64,000 nucleotides of DNA from an uncultured Gammaproteobacteria bacterium (GCA_963748215.1 CAVVHS010000002.1:32001-96000), one strand, 5' to 3'; positions 44,315 through 53,652 are shown, numbered from the stretch's first letter. Made by a program: numbers and translations. Notes: generated by a model not told the origin, from the letters alone.

Positions 44315-44464
44315 GCGCTTGTCTTCTTCGCCCTGTCTGACGACTGCCATGAACGGCCGGGGCACCGCCACCAGGCGGAGACCTGGTCCGGTTGCATATG
44401 GCGCACGGATCGATGGCCTTCTCAGGTGCACACCTAACGACCCTGTACATTGTCTCTCCTTGAA

Positions 44465-44695
44465 TCACCACGATCTATATACAACCAAACCACTTATAAC
44501 AACCAACACCAGGTAGGTGGCCAAATAGCACCATTCCGCGGGCCCGGAGTGCCCGACCGCTTCAATTGAAAAGGTGCCTTCAACCCACGTCCAAAACGGC
44601 ATCGTCAACAGGGTTGTAACGACAGCAATCGGTGCACAGACAATCACGACGACCAGTCCGATTGCAGCTCCCTTCAAGCGCTCGAGAAATGTCAC
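44465..44695 (-). CDS. Cassette: small membrane protein
   Basis: Two TMs, GHSGPAEWC motif; bounded by degenerate attC-like sites. Confidence 0.55.
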   Translation of the reverse strand: MTFLERLKGAAIGLVVVIVCAPIAVVTTLLTMPFWTWVEGTFSIEAVGHSGPAEWCYLATYLVLVVISGLVVYRSW

Positions 44696-44716
44696 GTTAA
44701 AAACTGCACAGTGTGC

Positions 44717-44770
44717 GCTTAGCTGTCGGGCGGCGACGCCGTCCGGTCGGCTGCAGCGTGTTGTTGGGCA
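44717..44770 (-). other. Degenerate attC
   Basis: TTGTTGGGC end intact; other end decayed (GCTTAGC). Confidence 0.55.
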
Positions 44771-45165
44771 GAAGTTCTCGACTCGATTCCCAGGCGCATA
44801 AACCTGGAAAAGCGAGGCATTATCCAGATCGACACGCATATCGCCACGAGATGGCGGCCGATGGCATAGGTCGATAGCCACTGTCGCGGGTACTCGAATA
44901 CTCCCCATGAGGAAAGGTCCGTGACCACGAACCATAGTGTGTCTATAACCTCGAGCACACCAAGTGGCAGGAGTAGCAGTACGAGGTAGAGCTGCAGCTT
45001 GCAAGGTGCCCGTCTCAAGAAGAAGAGAGGCAATACAAACGGCCAAATTCGAGAAAGGCCCTGAAATACTCCGAAATAGGCCAGTGCTTCCCAGCCTGCA
45101 GCGGCGGCCACGCCCGGCAGCACGAAGAACAGCACAACGAGTGCGACATATGCGAGTCGATTCAT
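44719..45165 (-). CDS. Cassette: hypothetical membrane protein
   Basis: Hydrophobic ORF reading into the attC. Confidence 0.6.
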   Translation of the reverse strand: MNRLAYVALVVLFFVLPGVAAAAGWEALAYFGVFQGLSRIWPFVLPLFFLRRAPCKLQLYLVLLLLPLGVLEVIDTLWFVVTDLSSWGVFEYPRQWLSTYAIGRHLVAICVSIWIMPRFSRFMRLGIESRTSAQQHAAADRTASPPDS

Positions 45166-45174
45166 TTCTTCACC

Positions 45175-45235
45175 CGACTATTGAACTCAAGCGAGCCGTG
45201 TAAACAGTGCCGCCTGGAGCGACTGGTCATACGTA
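45175..45235 (-). other. Degenerate attC
   Basis: CGACTATTGAACTCAAGCG...CTGGAGCGACTGGTCATAC; cores mutated. Confidence 0.45.
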
Positions 45236-45435
45236 GATCGCCTATTTTGAGCCTGCCATAGGTTGGTACATATCCTGATTTATAAACCAGAATACGCTGC
45301 CTGTATCAATGAAAAGAGCAAACAGCCCTGAATAGAGAACAAATGGTCTGTCCGAGCCATCTGACACCAGCGCAACAACAATGGAAACCGTGCCCACCAA
45401 CGGAAAACCTGATACCCATTTGTAATCGTCCCTCG

Positions 45436-45497
45436 TCTGAGCTCACACGCTAGCGGTGCGCCAGCATCGCGAGTAAGGTGGGGCGATTAGTTAGACG
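45436..45497 (-). other. Degenerate attC
   Basis: GTCTGAG...GTTAGAC. Confidence 0.5.
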
Positions 45498-45498
45498 T

Positions 45499-45849
45499 TC
45501 AATTAACAATAGCGACAACACCTTTCAGTACGATGATAAAAAGCAACAGCAGGGCCGAGATTAACAGCCCTACCCAGGTGGCCTTCTCCAGGTATTCGTC
45601 TCTCGCACGGAATGCACTCACCTCTGGTCCCGATATCCGTCCTTTACTGATGAGGACCTCGACGCCTGCCCAGGCGTTTCGTTTGGCAAGCCAATGGAGG
45701 CCATTCCATTCCTCTCTATGGGTTGCTTTTACCCATGCCGCTGTTCTTTGAGCATTGATGATCCGGCGAACCCAACAGAGAAACCCGTATATGCCGGGTG
45801 ATGAAGCAGCCACAAGAACAATGTTTTCAACTACTGTAGCCATCGGCAA
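45499..45849 (-). CDS. Cassette: hypothetical two-TM protein
   Basis: ORF between attC sites. Confidence 0.65.
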   Translation of the reverse strand: MPMATVVENIVLVAASSPGIYGFLCWVRRIINAQRTAAWVKATHREEWNGLHWLAKRNAWAGVEVLISKGRISGPEVSAFRARDEYLEKATWVGLLISALLLLFIIVLKGVVAIVN

Positions 45850-45850
45850 C

Positions 45851-45922
45851 GTCTAACGCCAAGCCAGGAGGCGGGCAAACCGCGAAGCAGGTTGGCCGTC
45901 CGACTTGAGCACCGTGTTATGT
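45851..45922 (-). other. attC
   Basis: GTCTAAC...GTTATGT with internal stem. Confidence 0.85.
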
Positions 45923-46462
45923 GTTGAGCACATTCCGCCAGTATCCCCGTATCTGCTCGGCCAGCAGGGCAGGTTCGACGGGCAACAACGGCCCCCTCAA
46001 GGCTACAGCCGGATACCCGAAACGAGCGCTTCGATTAAGCCTTTCCAGCCAGTTGAACCGCTGTAGAAAACGCTCACGATTTTTCGGTACCAACTCGACA
46101 CAAGGGAGACCCTGGTATTTGGAGAGACGGACATCGGCAATCTCACTCCAATCGATCCAACCCGCTCCAGACCAGCTACCAGAGGCGTTATCATAGACAC
46201 CACGAGGACTGATTACTAAATATGGCTGTCTGGAGTATAGCCTGCGGAGGAACATAAGACCCAGAATGCCGAAGAGTACGATACCGCCAATTCCGGCGAT
46301 GTGAACAAGAACCTTGGTCGCAGAAGGCAAGTCCGTTTCCCCTAAATTGGGTGAGACATAAATGTAGGAGAGAAGGAAGGTGAGCAACAGAACCAGGCAG
46401 AAGATTACTGTTCTCCTGGTGCCCCTGCGATTGACGTAGAATACGATTTCTTCCGGGTACAA
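45917..46462 (-). CDS. Cassette: hypothetical membrane protein (STM3941-like)
   Basis: Two TMs then LVISPRGVYDN..GWIDWSEI; TTG start; stop lies in the attC. Confidence 0.65.
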   Translation of the reverse strand: MYPEEIVFYVNRRGTRRTVIFCLVLLLTFLLSYIYVSPNLGETDLPSATKVLVHIAGIGGIVLFGILGLMFLRRLYSRQPYLVISPRGVYDNASGSWSGAGWIDWSEIADVRLSKYQGLPCVELVPKNRERFLQRFNWLERLNRSARFGYPAVALRGPLLPVEPALLAEQIRGYWRNVLNT

Positions 46463-46476
46463 TTCCCTACTCTGAC

Positions 46477-46557
46477 AAATAACGTTGAGCGCCAGGGACA
46501 TTGCGCTGTTTGCGCAGTCCCGGCCGCGTAGCGGCGAACTGGGCGCCGTTGTTAGAA
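46477..46557 (-). other. attC
   Basis: AAATAAC...GTTAGAA. Confidence 0.8.
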
Positions 46558-46573
46558 GAAAATGTCGCCATGT

Positions 46574-46882
46574 TTAGTCGCCGACAAACTTCAGGAAAGT
46601 ATGAGCCTGACCGTTTGCCTTCTCTGCAAGGCAGATCTGTTTCCTGCCATGGACTTTAGCGCTGGAGTCAGCGGCCCCTTCTATAGCCAATGATAACTCC
46701 TGTATAAATACAGGCAACTGACCCTGGTTGAATATCGTATCGCCGTATGGATCAACAAAACGCAGGCAAATCGAAGTTTCGTCGTTGTAATCGGACAGAA
46801 GTCTTTCGAGCAGGTTTTCTATATCGAGCAACTCTTCAATAAGTTCACCCGATTCCGTTTCTATTCGCGCGTCGATTCCCAT
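46574..46882 (-). CDS. Cassette: hypothetical protein
   Basis: MGIDARIE...VDPYGDTIFN...FLKFVGD. Confidence 0.7.
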   Translation of the reverse strand: MGIDARIETESGELIEELLDIENLLERLLSDYNDETSICLRFVDPYGDTIFNQGQLPVFIQELSLAIEGAADSSAKVHGRKQICLAEKANGQAHTFLKFVGD

Positions 46883-46910
46883 ACAGGTATCTTTTGTCTT
46901 CTGACGGCAT

Positions 46911-46970
46911 CCATAACGGACTGTGAAAGCGCAGCACTGTAGCAGATCCGAGCTCATGGCGTTGTTAGCG
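46911..46970 (-). other. attC
   Basis: CCATAAC...GTTAGCG. Confidence 0.75.
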
Positions 46971-47603
46971 TTCAACTTTTTCAATTATCGGGCTCTTATC
47001 CGTGCCAATATGACGAAAGACTGCCACAGCTCTTTCTCTATTTAAAGCATCGTTAAGCGGATCGTATAATTCGCGTGGCACAAAATAATACTGAACATCC
47101 AATGTTACATATTGGCTGTTTTCCCAGGTCTTTTTCGTATATGTTTTCCTTGCATAGTTGTCTATTTCTTTCTGTTCTTCGATTGAACCTGTATAGCTAT
47201 TTACTACGAAAATAGATTCGTATGTGCCATCCCCAACCGGCCCACTTCCAGCTACTTGAATGTTTTCTTCCTGCCTTGGGAAATAGGGTCTAATGGTGTG
47301 ATCCCACATGCCAGTGTAATAGATAAGAATGGCAACCAGAAAGCATGAAGGCAGAATCATGCTTCTGAAGATATAAGAAAACTTATCCGTCATATGTCCC
47401 GGTAAAACCAGTAAATTACCGACAAGTGTGATGGGTATGGCGACGATTAACATGATGACGACAAGGATTCCGGCGAACCCTTCTGCAGAGGCCCCAGAGT
47501 CGGGAACGATCACAGCGAATGCCGCTATCACCTCGACCAGTACTGGCAGGGCGAACCCGAAAAAAAGCCGGCTTAGTCTATTTTTTGTTAAATCAGATGA
47601 CAT
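46965..47603 (-). CDS. Cassette: three-TM protein with soluble C-terminal domain
   Basis: ORF between attC sites; stop lies in the attC. Confidence 0.7.
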   Translation of the reverse strand: MSSDLTKNRLSRLFFGFALPVLVEVIAAFAVIVPDSGASAEGFAGILVVIMLIVAIPITLVGNLLVLPGHMTDKFSYIFRSMILPSCFLVAILIYYTGMWDHTIRPYFPRQEENIQVAGSGPVGDGTYESIFVVNSYTGSIEEQKEIDNYARKTYTKKTWENSQYVTLDVQYYFVPRELYDPLNDALNRERAVAVFRHIGTDKSPIIEKVER

Positions 47604-47614
47604 TTCGTCATAGA

Positions 47615-47687
47615 CGCAAACGCTCAGCATCAGCGGCCAACAAAACGCGTAGCGGCTTTTTGGTTCGCCTGCATGCGCTTGTTAGGC
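47615..47687 (-). other. attC
   Basis: CGCAAAC...GTTAGGC. Confidence 0.75.
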
Positions 47688-47699
47688 GGTATTGTCAGA

Positions 47700-48041
47700 T
47701 TATGCTCGAGTTGAATACCAACCAGTCAGAAAGAAGGGTAATCCTCCCCAGTCTATAACTAATGGTATCCAAAACCACTTCCAGCTCTCACTAATCGGCA
47801 AGATCACAATTCCTGCTGCTGCGAAGACTCCACCAAAAATAGGTGCTACGGAAGATGCGTGCTCCTTTCGAATAACGGTAAGCCAAAATATCATTGCGTT
47901 AAATGCAATGAAGGTACTTCCAATAATCAGCAATGTACCAGCTAATGTAATTTGCGGCCAGATTACAAAGACAATAAGCCAGGTCACTGTCGACAGTAGT
48001 CGTAGCCAATCCAGAGCGGCAAAAGAATCCTTGTCTGTCAT
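47700..48041 (-). CDS. Cassette: hypothetical membrane protein
   Basis: SVAPIFGG...WIPLVIDWG. Confidence 0.7.
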   Translation of the reverse strand: MTDKDSFAALDWLRLLSTVTWLIVFVIWPQITLAGTLLIIGSTFIAFNAMIFWLTVIRKEHASSVAPIFGGVFAAAGIVILPISESWKWFWIPLVIDWGGLPFFLTGWYSTRA

Positions 48042-48050
48042 TGCTTCACC

Positions 48051-48137
48051 ACCTGACTACAAAGCTTAGCGGCACGGACGGAACGCCAAAGAAAGAAGCT
48101 CGCGTCTAATCCGCGTCCGCTCCAGCGCCTTGCCAGG
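48051..48137 (-). other. Degenerate attC
   Basis: ACCTGAC...GCCAGGC (both cores mutated); GGACGG/CCGCGTCC stem. Confidence 0.5.
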
Positions 48138-48633
48138 CTACCGCTTCAAGGTACTTCACCGCGTCGTTCGAACCAAGCATTCGCGCTTCCTCAAGGGGGG
48201 TAGCATAGTTATCGATTCTCGTCTTCGCCGTCGAGTCCGCCCCGTAATCCAGGAGCAGCTTCAGTGCCTTTACGTCATTTCTCGCCGCTGCCATATGTAG
48301 CGAAGTCCAGTCGTTAATGCCACGTATGTCTGTTGGTGCCCCATGCTCAAGCAGCATCTCCAGAATCTCATACCTATCATAGCGTTCTGATACGATAGCA
48401 GATAGCAGCGCGGGATAGCCCTCGTCGTCGGAGAAAGCCAGATCCACCTTCTTCTCCAGCATCCAGGCAATGGCCACACTTGAACCGAAGTCGATTGCGT
48501 TTCGTATCCAGCGCCTTCCTGTGAAGTCATCTTCACCATTAGGAAAGTCATCCACCAGCTCGGCAAGTTCTTCGAGTTGTTCCGTGGTTCCGGTCTTCAG
48601 CACACCACTAACGTAATCGTAGTCCTTAGACAT
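48106..48633 (-). CDS. Cassette: ankyrin-repeat protein
   Basis: EMLLEHGAP, WTSLHMAA..LKLLLDYGAD, TPLEEA. Confidence 0.85.
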   Translation of the reverse strand: MSKDYDYVSGVLKTGTTEQLEELAELVDDFPNGEDDFTGRRWIRNAIDFGSSVAIAWMLEKKVDLAFSDDEGYPALLSAIVSERYDRYEILEMLLEHGAPTDIRGINDWTSLHMAAARNDVKALKLLLDYGADSTAKTRIDNYATPLEEARMLGSNDAVKYLEAVAWQGAGADAD

Positions 48634-48644
48634 ATAGTCAGGTC

Positions 48645-48729
48645 ACCGAACACCGCGCGTTAAAGACCGAGCTTAAAACGAGGTCCTGGCCCACCTGAAA
48701 GGCGGGCGCACTCGATGCTCTTGTTATGT
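48645..48729 (-). other. attC
   Basis: ACCGAAC...GTTATGT. Confidence 0.7.
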
Positions 48730-48750
48730 AATTTCTGCAACTTCTTTTCC

Positions 48751-49161
48751 CTACGCAAAACCCTGTTTGACACTTCCTCTGACGGGACGCGAAAGGAACG
48801 TTCGCTTCACCAAAGCAACCGAGACCGACTCATCGCTATTCCTCGGGAATATTGAAACAAACCGAGCCATTGCGCAGTAACCGAATATTATCTGCGCCCA
48901 CGTTCCTATGGTAGGAATCCAATATATCAGCCGAACCGGCTCAGGTAGTGCAACAATAAGAAGCATCAGGTACCAAAAACGTACTTGAACAGGGAATGCA
49001 GTAATGCCACGCTCTCGAATTACAAAGTGGCACATTTGAAATACTGTAAGCCCGATAGCAAACATGAAGCCGTCTGGATACCCAGACACGCCAACCGTGA
49101 GCAGACATGCTGTTACCAACCAATACCACTAGCCAATATCCCTATAATCGATCATAAACAT
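48751..49161 (-). pseudogene. Cassette: membrane protein with premature stop
   Basis: MFMIDYRDIG*WYWLVTAC...; in-frame TAG at 49129-49131; FPVQVR motif downstream. Confidence 0.65.
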
Positions 49162-49186
49162 GTTAACGTCCTCTGACTGGTTATAA

Positions 49187-49287
49187 ACATAACTGAGAGT
49201 TCAGCCGCCCTTGACGGCTGCCGACTGGAGCGATTGCAAAGAAGGTCGCGGTCAGGGTCAGGGGGCTTCTGCAACGACTCGTTATGT
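49187..49287 (-). other. attC
   Basis: ACATAAC...GTTATGT. Confidence 0.85.
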
Positions 49288-49659
49288 GTTCTCATCGGGT
49301 CGCTCAGCGAAATGGAGTAGAACGCCTGCCGGATCCCAAACGTGGGTTATTAGCAATCCCCATGGTTTCAGATCTGGAGGTGCGACTTTCGTGCCTTTGA
49401 ATTTCTCCATAAGCTTTATGCTCTCGAAATGGTCGTACCACTCCTGTGCAGAGTTAACCATAAAATGTAGCATCAGGCTGTGTGCGTAGTTATTGTGATT
49501 CTTTGGCAAGAGAAGAAATCTATAACCAAAATTCGTGTCAATTTCACAGACTTCCCCATCGTCCCAATTGACGGTGAACCCCATGCATTCATAGAACGCC
49601 TTCGATACTTCGAAATCATTCGAAGGAACAAACGGCTTGAAGTCAGTTATCTCACGCAT
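49282..49659 (-). CDS. Cassette: VOC/glyoxalase family protein
   Basis: PFVPSNDFEVSKAFY, PWG...DPAGVLLHF. Confidence 0.85.
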   Translation of the reverse strand: MREITDFKPFVPSNDFEVSKAFYECMGFTVNWDDGEVCEIDTNFGYRFLLLPKNHNNYAHSLMLHFMVNSAQEWYDHFESIKLMEKFKGTKVAPPDLKPWGLLITHVWDPAGVLLHFAERPDENT

Positions 49660-49677
49660 GATTCACGGTCCCGGAAC

Positions 49678-49744
49678 ACATAACGACCAAGCTGCGCGGC
49701 GTGAACGGAGCATAGTGAACATCCGAACAAGCGCCTTGTTAGCC
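49678..49744 (-). other. attC
   Basis: ACATAAC...GTTAGCC. Confidence 0.85.
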
Positions 49745-49765
49745 ATTTCTTGCCTACCACCATCG

Positions 49766-50524
49766 TCAATGACTTTTCCCGGCTGGTTTATGCTTAAAAA
49801 TGATAAGGCAGGCGACTATAAAAATTAAAAGCGCTGCTGATGCGGAGTATCTGCTCAAAGCCAAACCACCGGAAGCAGTCGGCTTGTCTAGAAAGTCACC
49901 AACCACAGCTCCGAGCGGTCGGGTAAGCACGAAAGCAGCCCAGAAAAGAAGTGTGCGGGAAATTGTTGTCCAGTAGTAGGCTGCAACTACTAAAGCGAGC
50001 AACCCACTGAACACCGCCGCGCCACCAGTGTAACCTAACCCTGCGGTATCTGCTGTCCAGTCACCCAATGCAGTGCCGAGTGTTTGTGAAAACATAATTG
50101 TAACCCAGTAAAAGACTTCTGCTTTGGGGCTGCTTACAGACTCTACTGACACCGTACCAAGCGTACGGTACCACAGTACAAGCGAAGCGATTAGCAAGGT
50201 GAATAGCAGAGAAGTGCCGCCAGCGTAACCAATCCCGAGTGAACGATCTGCGTAATCAGCAAGCGTTGTTCCAACCGTTGTGGTAGCTATGATGGTTGTC
50301 CAGTACACATAAGGATGGAAGCGCTTGGCAGCAATTTGCACACCAACGGCTGCAATGAAGATCGCGGCGAAGATGGCTGTGGCTGTGAGGTAACCAAGAT
50401 TCATCGACATCGATACAGCGTCGCCGCCTGTTTCGCCGAGTGTAGTGGCCGCGACTTTTATAACCCAGAATAGCAGGGTAACTTCTGGTACTTTGGCAAT
50501 GATCTTTTCTGTCGTATTATTCAT
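49766..50524 (-). CDS. Cassette: COG4705/DUF347 membrane protein
   Basis: KVPEVTLLFWVIK..TTLGETGGD, LGTALGD, LTRPLGA. Confidence 0.88.
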   Translation of the reverse strand: MNNTTEKIIAKVPEVTLLFWVIKVAATTLGETGGDAVSMSMNLGYLTATAIFAAIFIAAVGVQIAAKRFHPYVYWTTIIATTTVGTTLADYADRSLGIGYAGGTSLLFTLLIASLVLWYRTLGTVSVESVSSPKAEVFYWVTIMFSQTLGTALGDWTADTAGLGYTGGAAVFSGLLALVVAAYYWTTISRTLLFWAAFVLTRPLGAVVGDFLDKPTASGGLALSRYSASAALLIFIVACLIIFKHKPAGKSH

Positions 50525-50552
50525 GCTATTTCCTGTGATTCTCGAATTTGAT

Positions 50553-50629
50553 AGCTGACGTCACAATAAGGCGCGCCGCATGGTGGCGTCGCAGTGAGCG
50601 AGGCGAACGACTTGATTGAGTTGTTATGT
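50553..50629 (-). other. attC
   Basis: AGCTGAC...GTTATGT. Confidence 0.7.
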
Positions 50630-50643
50630 GTAAGCTCTCGCAT

Positions 50644-50925
50644 TTATCCTTTGACTTCGACACCTTTCCAAAACGCCACACGCCCTTTTATATTCGATGC
50701 TGCCTCCTTTGGCTCTGGGTAGTACCACACCGCATCGACGTTCATTTCTCCGCCAACTTCAATTGAGTAATAACTGGCTTCCCCCTTCCATGGACATGTT
50801 GTATGGGTATCGCTTGGCGTCATGTACTTCATCTTCACGGATTCGATGGGAAAATAATGGTTACCCTCTACCACTACGGTATCAGTGCTCTCGGCAATAA
50901 CTTCGCCGTTCCAAATTGCTTGCAT
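50644..50925 (-). CDS. Cassette: DUF427 protein
   Basis: WNGEVIAES..VEGNHYFP, TTCPWKGEASYY, VAFWKGV. Confidence 0.92.
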   Translation of the reverse strand: MQAIWNGEVIAESTDTVVVEGNHYFPIESVKMKYMTPSDTHTTCPWKGEASYYSIEVGGEMNVDAVWYYPEPKEAASNIKGRVAFWKGVEVKG

Positions 50926-50947
50926 CGACGTGGCACTCCTTATTTAC

Positions 50948-51053
50948 ACATAACGCCACAAATCACCGGCGAATTGTAGCAACGTATGGCTTGCGGCAAT
51001 CGCCACAAACGAACGTTGCGGTAATTTGTCCATGTGAATTTGCCTTGTTAGCC
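50948..51053 (-). other. attC
   Basis: ACATAAC...GTTAGCC with long stem. Confidence 0.85.
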
Positions 51054-51560
51054 ATTAGCCTTGAATCCTTCGTGGAAAGTTACTGTACCTTGAGGAATAT
51101 GCCCGTCGAAAGACAGGGCAAAGAAGACCTCCTGGGGTACTCCCTCACACACAAGTCCGGACACATTCTTGAATCCGAATTGCCTGTAGTACTCTGGATG
51201 CCCAACGAGGCAACACCCTTGAGCAACCATATCTTTAAGCCTTTTCAGCCCTTCTTCTATCAGGGCTTTACCGATACCCTGTCGTTGATATTCCGGCAAC
51301 ACCGAAACAGGCCCCAGGCCGTACCAGTTTTGTGTGCCGTCCGAATTCTTCAGGTGTGAAAACGCAATATGTCCAACCACACGTCTACCTATTTCTGCAA
51401 CGAGCGATATCGTAAGTGCGGCTGCGACCCGTAGCGCCTCTATGATAAATTGCTCAGTGTGATCACTAATATCAAGGGTCTTAAATGCAGCTACAGTCAC
51501 CTCGGTTATTGCGCTCACATCGGCATCTGTTGCATTCATAATCAAGACCTCCAGATCCAT
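51048..51560 (-). CDS. Cassette: GNAT acetyltransferase (YhbS-like)
   Basis: LGPVSVLPEYQRQGIGKAL, LVGHPEYYRQFGF. Confidence 0.9.
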   Translation of the reverse strand: MDLEVLIMNATDADVSAITEVTVAAFKTLDISDHTEQFIIEALRVAAALTISLVAEIGRRVVGHIAFSHLKNSDGTQNWYGLGPVSVLPEYQRQGIGKALIEEGLKRLKDMVAQGCCLVGHPEYYRQFGFKNVSGLVCEGVPQEVFFALSFDGHIPQGTVTFHEGFKANG

Positions 51561-51709
51561 GAGTTTCTTCTTTCTCCTCCTTGATGGCTAGACATAATGA
51601 CTTCCCGTTAAAGAGCCGACCTCCGTCCTACGTGGATTAGCAGCGGTGCTGCCAGCGCCGTACTATTCAGGGTCGTTACACCAGCTAAATAACAGGATCG
51701 GAGGTCGAC

Positions 51710-52836
51710 ATGGGAAAATCTAGCATACTTTTTGTCGGAATGGATGTGCACAAGGAGTCCATTGAAATCGCCATTGCGAAGATGGAGCAAACAGCGAAAT
51801 CCGGCGTTATGAAAAGATCGGCGGAACCTTTGATGCCCTCAAGAAAGCCCTGCGCAAGCTGGTCTCGCAGGGTCGTACACTGCATTTTTGTTACGAAGCG
51901 GGACCGTGCGGATATGAGCTGTATCGTTATCTGACGGGCGAGGGGCATGTTTGCGTCGTCGTGGCACCGTCCCTGATCCCGAAGAAACCTGGGGACAAGG
52001 TCAAGACGGATAAACGGGTTGCCGTCCAGCTGGCACGCCAGTTCCGTGCCGGCGAGTTGACGGCCGTGTATGTGCCAGCGCGTGAAGACGAAGCCATCCG
52101 TGATCTGAGCCGGGCACGTGAAGATGCCATGCTGGTCCAGAAGTCGGCACGACAACGGCTCAAATCCTTTCTGCTGCGTCACAATATCCGTTATCAGGGC
52201 AGAGCCAACAGGAAGGAAAAACACCTGCGCTGGCTGGCCGATGAAGTGCGCCTGCCGGACCCGGCCCAACAAGTGGTCTTCCAGGAATACGTCAATACCG
52301 TTACCGATGCGGCGCACCGCATGGCGCGTCTGGTCGGCGAGATCCACCACTACGTCGAAGGCTGGCGCCTCTACCCGGTGGTTAAAGCGTTAATGGCCTT
52401 GCGTGGTGTGCAAATGATCGTCGCCGTTACGGTGATCGCGGAACTCGGCGATCTGACCCGCTTTGAAAACCCGAAACAGCTCATGAACTACCTGGGTCTG
52501 ACGCCGTGCGAATACTCCAGTGGTGAACGGCAACGCCGCGGGGCGATTACCAAGACCGGAAACCGGCATGCCCGGCGTATCCTGATCGAGGCCGCCTGGT
52601 TCTATCGCTACCTGCCGAAGGTGAGTCCTGAAATCCAGAAACGCCAGGAAGACCTGCCCCTGCCAATCCGCGACATCGCCTGGAAGGCGCAGCTGCGGTT
52701 AACAAAACGCTATCGGATCATGAGTCAGCGCGGCAAATCACCCAATGTCACGGTCGTGGCCATTGCACGGGAACTGGCCGGGTTTATGTGGGCCATTGCC
52801 AAGGCCGCTCCACTGTCGAAAGCATCACCGGCCTGA
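51710..52836 (+). pseudogene. IS110/IS1111 DEDD transposase (frameshifted)
   Basis: GMDVHK in one frame; CYEAGPCG, KTDKR, ELGDLTRF, GLTPCEYSSG in another; 1-nt deletion near 51778. Confidence 0.85.
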
Positions 52837-53150
52837 CCGGTTGAAAACACCGACTCAACAACAAGGAGAGGCCTTTCCATGCATTGAGTAACAGACCGAC
52901 AGAGTGATTGAGTGTGGGAGTGCGGCCACGGTAAGAAGAACCCTCGAAAACGTTATGTGCCATTCAACGCATCAGCGAATGACGCTCGCACCTAGACCGA
53001 GGCAGCTTCACGGCGTACACAAGTAAGGCGGTATACAACCCGCGCATATCAGCATGACAACCGTCGTTATACTGGCTCCGCTCCCACACCCAATCGCTTT
53101 GGCGATGCCGCCATGCCAGTTTGCTCAGGATCGAGTTCGTGTGCCTGCTT
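52837..53150 (+). ncRNA. Putative seekRNA/bridge RNA region of the IS
   Basis: Long downstream non-coding end with AACGTTA (complement of target TAACGTT) and CATATCAG (IS circle junction). Confidence 0.6.
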
Positions 53151-53169
53151 GACAACGGGAAGTCATATC

Positions 53170-53240
53170 AACGTTGGAACACTGCCGTCGCCGGAGGAGC
53201 GAAAGCGACGGTGGCGATCGGCAGGAGTGATTTGTTATGC
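53170..53240 (-). other. attC (IS-interrupted; TA-associated family)
   Basis: (GGCT)AACGTTGGAAC...GGCAGGAGTGATTTGTTATGC. Confidence 0.85.
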
Positions 53241-53450
53241 GGCGTTAACTTCAATGAATTCGCTGACTGAGGAGGGATGAGGAGCTGGTTCACCAGCTTC
53301 AATTAGACCCTCAATATGAAACTCCATGGCGTCCTTAATCAGCTCCATAACTTCTTCGCGGGTTTCGGCCGCGGCAATACAGCGAGGTAAATCCGGCACA
53401 TGCGCACCATACCCGGATTCGCCATTTTCGATAACTACCATATATTTCAT
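53235..53450 (-). CDS. hicB: Cassette: HicB-family antitoxin
   Basis: MKYMVVIE..YGAHVPDLP.C.AAAETREE..HIEGL. Confidence 0.88.
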   Translation of the reverse strand: MKYMVVIENGESGYGAHVPDLPRCIAAAETREEVMELIKDAMEFHIEGLIEAGEPAPHPSSVSEFIEVNAA

Positions 53451-53467
53451 GATATTTTCCCTCGCAT

Positions 53468-53652
53468 CTATTTTAGACCAGCCTGCTTGAGGATGCTCGA
53501 TAATGTACCTGGTGGTATGCCGGCACTTGGCTTTCCCGATACAGTGAACGTCACTTCTATCTCAGGATGCCGGTATTGACGATGGCTCCCGTTCATCCTG
53601 GTCTGCTTCCAGACATCCTTTTCAATCAGTTTATCAGTTCCTTGACCTTCAC
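53468..53652 (-). pseudogene. hicA: Cassette: HicA toxin, frameshifted
   Basis: VKVKELI/LIEKDVW..GSHRQYRHP...IPPGTLSSILKQAGL; 185 bp with 1-nt loss near the 5' end. Confidence 0.8.

Larger units (their letters stand above)
51590..53169 (+). mobile_element. IS110-family, IS1111-subgroup element inserted into an attC
   Basis: Sub-terminal IRs ATGACTTCCCGTT (51597-51609) / AACGGGAAGTCAT (53154-53166), 7 and 3 nt from the ends; no target duplication; flanks rejoin as GGCT|AACGTT. Confidence 0.9.
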
